Shown here: piece by piece, positions 7,014 through 18,400 of the stretch
Position numbering within the stretch: position 1 is the first letter of the stretch
How the letters are laid out: every line of letters starts with the position of its first letter
Virus record (IMG/VR): IMGVR_UViG_3300042558_004043
Reading direction: 5' to 3' (one strand)
DNA: 64,000 bases
From: a virus
Taxonomy: Duplodnaviria > Caudoviricetes
Program-made: the position numbers and the translations under genes
The notes under the pieces: generated by a model
Seen by the model: only the letters and a program-made list of their open reading frames with translations
Told to the model about the DNA's origin: nothing
The model's database searches: none

Positions 7014-9338
7014 ATGAAAAAAATCGTTTTATTACTTACACTTTGTCTATCCTTTATTCTCGGATACGGTCAATATGACTTATCCAAGAATATTGAAAGA
7101 CAAATTATTGTGGTTCCAAAAAAAGGAATGGAACTACAAGCAAAAAATCACTTTAACCAAGGTGATACAAAAGTTGTTGTCGAGTTCGACCAACTTGGGT
7201 GGTATGTTGTCCTGATTCCGAATGGTGCGAGCCAAGACGAATTTATTAATCGAAACAAAAGTTTAAGTTTCGTACAAAATCTTTACAAGGATGAGACAAG
7301 AGAAATGAAGTTGGACTATCTTCCAAACGACGCTGAATTTGCATCTTGTTGGCATCTACGTCAGTCTACTGATAAAGATATTGATGCCGATGAAGCATGG
7401 GACTTAGTTCCGGCAAACAATCCATTTGTTAGTGTTGCAATGTTCGACGGAGGATTGGATTTAACTATTCCTGACCTCGTTGGGAATACAAACAGTCCAT
7501 TCAATGCGGTTAATAGCACAACAAATATTCCTTATGTAAACGCTGAGGACAAACACGGAACAACTTGTTCGGGAACTATTGCGGCCGTTACAAATAATGG
7601 TATTGGTGTTAGTAGTGTTGGTAACAACAAAGTAAAGGTAATGCCGGTTAACATTATGTCCGAAGTTTTTGCTGGAGGTAGTTTCCGAACATCGGACGTA
7701 ATTCAGATTAATGGTGTAAATGCTGCGATGGCTAATCCAACTTGTGTTGCAATTGCAATGTCTTATGGTGGGTCATCATACTCTGCGGCTCTTGACGCTT
7801 CGTTTCAGGCGGCAAGAACAACCGCAAGAGGTGGAAAAGGTATGGTGGTAGTAGCATCATCAGGAAATGGAGCTTCAGGTACTGCAAATCAATATCCGGC
7901 TAATTACCCAGCTGTATGGGGAATTGGGGCAACATCACAATCAGATGTTAGAGCAAGTTTCTCTAACTTCGGTCAAATTTGTGACATATCGGCACCTGGT
8001 GTTGGTATTAGAACTACTGATAGATTGGGAGCTGCGGGTTATAACGCAGGTGACTACACTTCTATAAACGGAACCTCATTCTCTTGTCCTATTACGGCAG
8101 CCGCTGCGGCTTTTGTATTCTACAAGAATTGGGAACTTACTGACGACCAAGTACTACAGATACTAGCTCAATCGGCTGAAAAAGTAGGTGGATATGTTTA
8201 CTCTAACAATCCTACTTGGCCGTTATCAACAAGAAGTAATGAACTTGGTTATGGAAGAATTAATTTAAAAGATGCGATTAATCTAACACCAAACCCAGGT
8301 GGTGTAATTCCTCCTCCACCTCCTCCGACGCTCATTCATAACTTTGTAATTAATACTTTAACTGTAAGTCCTGCGGCGGTTACAGTAGGTTCTAATATTA
8401 CAATTACTGCAAATGTCGCGACACAAAATCCTACATATCCATCGGTGAATGTAATGACTCAACACAGATTATCAACCAACACAACTTGGGGTGACTCTGA
8501 TGATATTGTTATAGGAACAACAAGTGGCAATCTTGGTGGTGGAGTTGCAACTGACGTTGAGACAATAACTTATAATGTTGGTAACATTACAGGACTCAGA
8601 TATATTATAAGTAGAGTTAATTATATGGGTACTATATCTGAAACTAATACAACTGATAATACAAGACAAACAAGTTTCAATGTTACTCAACCTGTTGTAT
8701 CAGGTGGTGACTTATCAGTTGCACTGACTATACCGTCAACACCAACTGCAACAATTTCACCAACACAAACTCAAATTACTTTCCAATGGAAGGTTACAAA
8801 TACAGGTACAGTTCCAATTACATCATTTACTTGGGACAGAATGTGGGTGAATATTCCTGAAGCACCTAGAACTTGGCCTATGCCTGCAAATGGAGGTTTT
8901 CCAGGTTCTTGGCAAGGTCCATTACTTCCAGGTCAATTCATTTATTTACCAGGTGGAGGATTACCTACAAACCGATTAGGCGTGTCTTATTTATCGGCAT
9001 CTGTATGTTTTAGTACAAACAGTTGTGCTCTACCACTCGGTTCAACAAACACTTTCAGAGTAAGAATTCTTACTGTAAATGGTGGTGCAGGTGATGAAAA
9101 CCTTGCAAATAACCAAGTTGAATGTACGGTAACAAGACTTGCAACTGCGGTTAACAATGACGAGGTTATTGATGCACCTGAAGTTAAATTTGTTGAAGTT
9201 AGACAGTTTAGTAATTTATATGAAAAACCAATTAGGTACGGTAGTATTGATGAAGCAATACTTGAAAAGGGACTTAATGTAATTCACATTCATTACTCTG
9301 ATGGAACGGTAGAAATTAAAAAGATTTCTGTAAACTAA
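7014..9338 (+). CDS. Secreted S8 (subtilisin-like) serine peptidase with C-terminal Ig/CARDB-like domains
   Basis: Catalytic triad motifs VAMFDGG (Asp), HGTTCSG (His), GTSFSCP (Ser), plus SSGN oxyanion Asn; signal peptide; prodomain; poly-Pro linker; two CARDB-like modules (e.g. GGDLSV...WKVTNTG...DENLANN). Confidence 0.92.
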   Translation: MKKIVLLLTLCLSFILGYGQYDLSKNIERQIIVVPKKGMELQAKNHFNQGDTKVVVEFDQLGWYVVLIPNGASQDEFINRNKSLSFVQNLYKDETREMKLDYLPNDAEFASCWHLRQSTDKDIDADEAWDLVPANNPFVSVAMFDGGLDLTIPDLVGNTNSPFNAVNSTTNIPYVNAEDKHGTTCSGTIAAVTNNGIGVSSVGNNKVKVMPVNIMSEVFAGGSFRTSDVIQINGVNAAMANPTCVAIAMSYGGSSYSAALDASFQAARTTARGGKGMVVVASSGNGASGTANQYPANYPAVWGIGATSQSDVRASFSNFGQICDISAPGVGIRTTDRLGAAGYNAGDYTSINGTSFSCPITAAAAAFVFYKNWELTDDQVLQILAQSAEKVGGYVYSNNPTWPLSTRSNELGYGRINLKDAINLTPNPGGVIPPPPPPTLIHNFVINTLTVSPAAVTVGSNITITANVATQNPTYPSVNVMTQHRLSTNTTWGDSDDIVIGTTSGNLGGGVATDVETITYNVGNITGLRYIISRVNYMGTISETNTTDNTRQTSFNVTQPVVSGGDLSVALTIPSTPTATISPTQTQITFQWKVTNTGTVPITSFTWDRMWVNIPEAPRTWPMPANGGFPGSWQGPLLPGQFIYLPGGGLPTNRLGVSYLSASVCFSTNSCALPLGSTNTFRVRILTVNGGAGDENLANNQVECTVTRLATAVNNDEVIDAPEVKFVEVRQFSNLYEKPIRYGSIDEAILEKGLNVIHIHYSDGTVEIKKISVN

Positions 9339-9359
9339 AATAAAAAATAATTAAAAATT

Positions 9360-9385
9360 AAAAGGAGGCATTAGCCTCCTTTTTT
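9360..9385 (+). terminator. Intrinsic terminator
   Basis: AAAAGGAGGC-atta-GCCTCCTTTT followed by T tract; TATTTAT motif follows at 9396-9402. Confidence 0.85.
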
Positions 9386-9419
9386 GTTTTATAGATATTT
9401 ATAAAAAAACTTATTAAAT

Positions 9420-12400
9420 ATGGACCCTTTTATTTATTATTATGATTTCGAGGACTGTTTTCAACTTGACCTCTCAGGAAACCCATTAACCTATGTGGTA
9501 GGTTCAAATGAAGAATTGAGCTTAGACGCACCTTATTTAATCTACCCTATTGAAGAACCTAATAGTCGTAGTTGTGCGGTTTATATCACAGCATCAACAT
9601 CAAGTGCTGCAACTCATTACACTGACGTTGCTTCAAAGTATGTTGATTGTGACTTATGTCTTTCTGCCAATACTCAAGTTGTTACGGTATCAGGTATTAC
9701 AAAACCTGATTTAAGTAGTTTAAATTTGATTGCCGATAGTAGATTTAAAAAGGGAGATGTTTTAGGAGTAAACATAGTTTATGACGATTCTGGAACTACT
9801 AAATTTATAAATTCTCCAGCAATTATAACTGAAACTTTTCCATATAAGTTTGGAAGTAAGGCTTGTGATTATTCAGTTTCTAATATTGAATACGTGGGTC
9901 CGTTTTACACATTTATAATTCATTTTAACCAACCTTTAAATACCAATATATACACCATTAATGTTGCGGCACCTATGGGGTATTATCAAATTGTCACTAA
10001 TACATATACCCTTAATTCCGAATCTGAGTCATTGAATATAGCACCAGGATATACTAGTATACCATTTAATGTTCCTTTACAGAATCCTGATACATGGGTA
10101 CAAACCATAACTTTTAATGTAACATTTACATGTACTGATGGAACTACAACATTTAACGAAGTTACTTTTAATTTTCCGTGTAATTGTTATACTTTAAATA
10201 ATAGCGGAGCCACGGCACAATCTGTGACTTATGTCAGTTGTGTAACTACTGAATTTTTTACAGAAACTTATCCTGTAAAAACTCTAAAATTTGTAGGTAC
10301 CAAAAAAATATGTGCTAAAAGATTAATAAACGTTGGGTCAAATATTACATATGTAGATAATACCGAAACTGAAGGTGTGGTATGTTCTAATTTAACCGAC
10401 CAACCATTTATAAATGAAGATATCAAATGTAGAAATTCTAGTTTATTTATTAGAAAAAGCATCAACTCAAGTATACCAGTAAAAGTCAATTATTTACCAT
10501 ACGATTCGTTCCAACAAGTGGTTGAATCTAAAGGTGTCTATTATTTAGTTGAGGATTGTGTTAACGGTTCAACAAGTGTGATATTAAGTCACCAATATTT
10601 TGAGAAATATGGACAAATAATAAGTTTACCTACTGGAGAATCAAAATGTAAGAAAGTTTTAAACGCCGTAACCTCAGGTGATTATTCTGAAATATCAGGA
10701 GTTACTACAGAAATATTTAGTACAAAAGTTTTTGAAAACTGTTATGAGTGTTCAAATTATATAAATAATAGCGGTATTGACGAAACATTTAAAGATAACT
10801 CATACACAACATCTCAAATTAATACGATTACTCAATTAAATGATGGGTCAATATTAGTTGGGGGAGACGGTTTAGTACAAGTGAATAATGGTTCTTTGTA
10901 TAGTGCGGGAAACATTTTAAAAATGAGTCCTGAAGGTGAATTAGTTCTTAATTTTAATTCAAATAACGGAGGTAGTTTATCGTTATATAACGGTAATTAC
11001 ATTTATACAGACTTTAGCGAAGGGTTTAATTTTGATTCAGATTTCACTGTAGAATTTTGGCTAAATTATAGTAGTACAAACTTAGAAAATCCTTCGATTA
11101 TTTCTTTTTATGATTCATCAAATACCCAAGGGTGGGAATTATCATTTACAGGACTATGTCAACTTAATTTTACGTATAACGAAAATGTAATTAATTTTGA
11201 AAGTCAGATTAATATATATCAATGGGTTCATATTGCAATAGTTAGAAATTCAGGAGATATTTTCCTATATGTTAACGGAAAACAAGATTCAATTGTAACC
11301 ACAGGTATTACAGATTCTATTACCGCAACAACAGGCACGTCATTCTACATTGGAACTAATTATGATAAGACAACTAATTTAGATGCCTATATTAGTAACC
11401 TTAGAATTTGTAAAATTGCAGTTTATACTGGTGAATTCACACCACAAACAACTCCCTTAACAATAACCCAATCATCATATAGTAATGTGTCTTATTTACC
11501 AACAAGCGCAACCACGTTATTAATGAATTTTGAAAATTTATCATCAATACTATTTGATAACAGTATTTATTCTAACGTTTTTTATTCATACAAACCAACA
11601 ATTTCTTATTTAGCATTTTCACCGGTGAATAAAACCGACTTGAATGAAATTTATGACGGACAACCAACTAATAGTTTTGTTCAACTAGATTTACCTGAAG
11701 GGTTCACTTTGAATGCTTATGGTACAAAAATATCTACAGTTTATTTAGGAACAAATTCTTATTTAACATTTGAACAAGGAAGTAATTCAGGAGATTTAAT
11801 TTTACCTGAGGATATTCCTTCATCAATAAGTTCATCAGGTTTGTTTATCTCAACCGTTGGTGATGGACTTACTACGGATAACGATACGTATATTAGAAAA
11901 ATTTCAACCGGATATACCGAAAATGGGGAATCTTTAATTGTCCGTGTTGAGGGTGGTTATAAAAATTTCTTGGGTGGAGGTCAAGGTTTTTGTTGTAGAT
12001 GTATTACCGTGACAAATCAATCACAAAATGTGAATTATTTAAATTACACAAAATGTGATAATTTATCAGAAGAAGTGACTATAACAGTATTACCGTCGAA
12101 TGAATATACTTTTTGTGCGGTTTGGAGTGCTAATGAGTCTCCTGATTTACCTTCTAATCCATATTTTGCAGAACCATTATCCTTCAGAGCTTACAGAAAT
12201 GTTGCTCAAAATTTACAAATTGCACAACCTAATATATGGACAGATTTTACGTTTAATACGGAGAGTTTTGATTACTATAATGGATATAATCCTACAACTG
12301 GAGTATATACCTCGCCAGGAAATGGTGATTATACGTTTAGAGCAAGATTTGTATTCGTGTCTCAACAGAACAATAATTTCCTAACTGTGGGTCTTTTTGT

Positions 12401-15400
12401 TAATGGAGTATTATACGACTCATTTACTTATGGACCTTCAACCGCTTTAGTTAATTTTGAAACTGAAAGTATATTTGAAAACGTTCAATTAAATATTAAT
12501 GATGCAGTAAGAATACGAGTTGCTAGAACTGTAAATGGTTCTACAACTGGAACATTTACAATATTGGCAGGAATCGATAGTTCTAATGGAAACAATTTAT
12601 TTGAATTAACCAATGTTAACAGTGGTTTAAGTAACGAACTATCTCCAACAAGTGTAACAACAATAAGTGTAGATGGGTGGTGCGGAAAATTAACCGATGA
12701 CTCCAATTCTCATTGGGTTTGTGGAGACGATTTCAGTTGGGTTGAGGGATGTTCCCCAATAGCGGTTTGTCAAGAAAATAACGTAGTTGCTAACCCACAA
12801 TTTTTAGTTCAAGGAATACCGAATACAACCATACCTTCATGGGAGTCAGTTAATGGAGTCGGACAAACTTCAACACTATGGCAGACAGTTGGTAATAATA
12901 GTACATTTGGCTCGGCCGCGCTATATACGGGAGGTGATTTAAATAATTATCTTCAACAAAACTGCTTGGTTATTGGGGCAACCTATGAAATTTCTTTTGA
13001 CTTATCACTTCCTGTATTTTTTACCGATTTTGGTGGCACTTGTACTGTATTTCCTGGGCAAAGATGGGTTAGAGTTTTTGCAGGTTCTAATGGGTCTGAA
13101 TTTTTTACTCCAACTAGTACATTTGGTTCCGGAGGATACCAAAGATTTACCACTACATTAGTAGCAACAAGTACACTACTAAGATTTCAGGCACATGAAG
13201 ATTGTGTTGCTAATATACCAATTTCTATTAGTAATATTTGTGCAATCCAAACCGAACCAGCCCCTGATTGTACTTGTTACGAAGTACGTCACACAAACGC
13301 AGGACTAAATCCTCCTCAGAGTACTTGGTTCTTATTTTCTTGGAGAGATTGTAGTGGTAGTCCACATAGTTCTTTTGTTGGCCAAAATCCTTTATTCCCT
13401 TGTATTCTAAATGATAATTTTAGTTTTGTTGACCAACCAGGGATAGGTACTAATGAACAATATGCTTATGTTGAGGATACCAATGAATTTTGCGGTCTTT
13501 CAAATTCTCAGTATTGTATTGAACCCACTGTTTTTCCTTGTACATGTTTTGAACTTAAAATAGGTAATAATCTAACTGTCGAATTTTTAGATTGTGATGG
13601 TAATTATAGATTTATTACGAATAATTACGGTCCGTCGGTTACTGTTCAAGGAACTGTATGTATGACTTCTATCATAAATACATCATCTCAAAGTAGTATT
13701 ACAGACAGAGGTCCATGTACAGCAAATAACGCATATTGTTTAGCTCGTCTTTTACCTGACCCATTACCTCCGATTGAAGGTTGTATAGTAATGTTAAATT
13801 CATCTACAGACGAATTTGATATATTCTTATATGACACCAATCAAGGTAGTTTAATACCAATTTCACTACAAGGTCCATACATATTTAATAATGCGGATTC
13901 AAGTGGGGATACCTATACCGACATAGCAATTTCAAGAACATCTCAGAGAGTTTATTTCAAAACAAATGGTACCTATCAAACAAATCAAGTTGGACCATAT
14001 CCCGCCAGTTATATTGGGTATTTTACTATTAATTTCCAAACCGGAACTTACGTATCAGGGGCAACAATTAATGTAACCCCTGATTTACCTTTCCAAGACC
14101 CGTATGATTTTTTTACGGTTAACCATGGATTAGAAGTTGATTTGGACGGATTCCATGTTTTTGTAAGCTCAATGAACTATTCTGAACTTGATGATGTACA
14201 ATCAATTCTAAGATGTGAAATTATTGACTCTGGTCAGGATACTATCCTTACCCAAGTATGTCCTTGTGAGAGATTATTTGATTTATTACCAGGAAGAAGA
14301 GTTCAAGGGGATATGTGTAGAACTACTGATAATAAATTATTTATTACAACAACAGATGGTGAACGTGTATTCATTGAACAATGGCATACCGATGGAACAC
14401 CTGAGGGGTCTCTTTTCGAGTTTGAAATTGTAACAGGTTTAAGCGCCGACGGAGATAATCAAATAGATTTATATATATTAGACGGTTCGTTATTTTGTAT
14501 AGATAATAATCAATTTAATATACCTGTTTATAAAGTAATTAGTGATTATCCTTATGGATTAGAGCCGGTTGATAGTATAACTAATCTTACCAATTATGCT
14601 ACATATGGTGGATTATTTAACGGAGCTGCCACATTCCCTGAGTGTAATTCATTTAGTTTTATTTATCCTGACCCAAGATGTAGACCATTACTTTTATTTT
14701 CAGGGTTAAGTAATACCTTTTTTGTATCCAGATTCAACTTCTTACCATTCCAACCTATAAGCACTTTAAATTTAGGAACTCACCCCGTACCTACTGTAGG
14801 ACCCAATGAAATTGCCCATACATTTGACTATGAAACAAATACAGGTTTATTATGGATTCTATTTAACACACAATCATCAATTTGGGTAACAACAATATGG
14901 GAATTTACTTTAAACGGTACAACATTACCTAATGGTGAAATAGATTTTATTGGTACTTATAACAGACAAATTACTTTGACGCAGACCAATCAAGCAATTA
15001 CGAGTCTTCGTTTCTTTGCCGGATTAGCGGCAATTGATGATAATACTTTAATAATTGGTACCCGCAATGGATATGGGACAAGTAGCGCAGCTCTTAGGTC
15101 CAGAATTGTACAACTTAATTTAACACCTGGTAATGTGAATTTGAATTTAACTTTTAACGCAAATACAACTACTATGTTTACATTACCTACAGCAGGGTCT
15201 CCAGGGTACACTTTACCGAGAAATGCAATTATTCAATCAATGGATTATGCTGTAGATAATAAATTAATTGTAATTGTGAGAAGTGGATTACCTGAAAGCA
15301 GTAATATAAATTTAACAAGAGTCATTTTACAATACCCATACGCAATAGATGCACAATATGAATATATCAATACTATATTAGACGCCGAAGGAAATGGCAA

Positions 15401-18400
15401 CGCCACTAGTGATAATGTACAACAAATTGGAGTTGTTAACTATAATAATTTTATTTTTGTACATAGAAATCAGAATATTGGGGCTAACCAGAATTGGGGC
15501 GGTTATATACTCAATAATGAGCCAAACTATGGTATTTCTGGTTATTTGGACATACCTCAAACTCAATATACTTTATCACCACTTTTTAATACTGCTTTAA
15601 GAGCGTCCTCAACAATTAATGTAACTGTACCTAGCCAAATTCAATGTGAATTAACTAGATTTGTACCAAATATAGCGCCGGTCATTCCTACTTTAAGTAA
15701 TTGCCCTGTATTTTTGAATTCTTCAGGATTGGAGGGTCTTTGGAATTATAACGTCACAAATAATACACATAACTTTATTTTATTACCTCAGCTTGGAGAT
15801 GTTGCGGAAACTATCTATAGCTATAGAGATGTTGCGGTTTGTAATACTAATAATAGATTATATGTTTTACAAACATTAAGTGATTTACCTCAACCCAATC
15901 CATCATCTCCATGGGACAATAATTTAATATGGTGGAATGTTGATTTTGAGACCGGACAGTTAATTGATGGTCCGTTCCTAATACAACTACCTTCACCAGT
16001 AACATTTGGAGCTCTTAGACTTAGCGAAGGATTAGAAGTTAGCCCTAACGGTAATTTAATATACCTATCTACAGTTCCAATCCCCGGAGAACCTCAAACT
16101 CCAAGAGTACTAATTTACGATGTTTTCAACACTAGCCAATTCAACTACTATACAGAATTGATAAGCTTTACAAATGGAAGAAGAGTTAAAGGTGATTTTA
16201 TAAGAACTAATAATGATAAATTATTTATTTCAACAACTGACGGAACAACTATATACATAGAACAATGGACTTGTGACGATAGTCCAGAGGGCACTATTTT
16301 TGACAATGAAATTGAATTTGGTCCTGATGTTTATGAATCTTTGGATATTTTCTTAAGTTTAAATGAAGGAGTTAGTGAATTTTATGTAGTTGCTAGTCAA
16401 AATAGTACATCTTCAGTTTTTAAAATTGATGTTGATTTAACAATAACTCAATCGTGGAATAACACTAATTTACAAACAATTAATGGGGCGGCATCTTATC
16501 CATCATGTCACTCATTTGAATTTGAATTCCCTGACCCAAGATGTAGACCGTTAATATTATTTTCAGGTAATAATCAATTTGTCGCAATTAGATGGGATGG
16601 AGAAACAGAGGACCCGCAACAAGTTTTAGACTTAGGAAATACATATCCGGCACCTGGAAATTCTGTACAGAGAAGTATGTCAATTACTCACATTTTTGAT
16701 TTCAATTTTAACACAGGTTGGATGTGGATTAGTCGTAGACCAACCCCCGCAATTACTAATGTTAATTTTCAAATATACGAATGGAGTATTGATGATGAAG
16801 ATTTTAATTTAACTTTTAATAGAGTAATTAACGTTTCTGCATCAGGTACTACTTTTAGACACAACCTTGGAATTGCTTCATTAGACAGAAATACCTTGAT
16901 AATTGAAACTTGGTCAGGTGGTACTGGCCCCTATAATAATCAGCAGAATTACCGTGAGTTTATTGGTCAGTTGGATATTACTCCGGCATTAGGTAATAAC
17001 TTATCTTTGGTGAATAATATGACATTAATGTTCAGATTACCGGCACAAGGAGATTCGATATATACCGGAACACGCTCAACTGTTATTTATAGTAATTTTT
17101 ATTTAGGTCCTGATAATAAATTAGTAATATTTGCTAGAGATTCTACCAATTTGTCTCAGACGGGTATAAAATATCTTTTACAATATGAGTACGTCCAAAG
17201 TACAAATCCTAACTTTTTTGCATTCCCTGAAGTATATTTCCCATATCCTGACCCTCAGAATCCGGGAAATGGTGTTACAAATTTTATTGCAACATTCTTA
17301 GACGAAATAAGGTCAATAAGATTAACAAATAATGCTCCTGGTTTTGGAAATGCTTTCAGTCAACTTTTATTTAGTCCAACTAATTACCTTGTCACTGGCT
17401 CAAATATTGATGAATTTTGGACTCCCCCAAACGGACGAGGACCTTTTGGAGCGTCTTCAATAAACTCAAGTCCTGAAGCGATAGCCTTGTGTAATCCATT
17501 AACTTTTACACCAAATTTAATAGTAACAACTATATTACCTACTTGTCCTGTGTTTTTTGTCACAAGAGCCGATAATAATGATTTAAATCCTAACAGGGTT
17601 TTTTATTATAATGTTAATGATAATGAGTCAATTGAAATTGAGTTACCAAATATACCTACTATTACAAATGATAGATTTTGGGATATTGCCTATAATTCAG
17701 TAAGTCAAAGACTTTATTTATTACATGGTAGTAATCAAACAACTGATGTAAGATTAACATGGTGGAATGTTGATTTCATATCAGGATTTGTTATAACTCC
17801 AAACCCAACCTCAGTAACTCTACAAAATCCAGAACCACTTGTTAATGGAAACCCTGGACTATTTGCTGCGGCATTAGGGGTAAGTGAGGACGGACTCAAT
17901 GTGTTTTTATCAACCAGACCTTCAAATTCTAACACATGGTCTATTAGAAGATTTGATACTGTGAGTCAGCAATTCATAACTCCGGCTATTTTGACTTTAC
18001 CCGTCGATGAAAGCCCAACGGATATTGCGGTTGTAAATAATAATAGAATGTTGATTGGTTATGGTGTAACTAATCCTACTAGATGGATGATTAAACAAAT
18101 TTATTTGGATGGTAGTTTTACTAACGCGGTGATTGAAGAAACTGTGACTATTTTTAATTTTCCTGAGTCAACCGATTACGGTAGTGGAATTGATTTATTT
18201 TTAACCGACCAAAATAGATTGTACATTGCCGCGTCATATGCAAGTAATTCATCAAATGTGTCTGACATTTATGAAGTTGACATATATGGTAATACCACAT
18301 CGGTTTATTCCGACACTGGTTTGGGTAGAGTGTCAGGTGCGGCCAGCTCTCCATCCTGTTCATCTTTCTCATTCCAATCACTGTGTAATCCTTTGATGTT

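Noticed and set aside
9864-10445. Shared module as an intein (starts with Cys; one copy is followed by N-S)
   Set aside because: No Hint-domain TxxH or terminal HN motifs, and the second copy has a different C-terminal junction.
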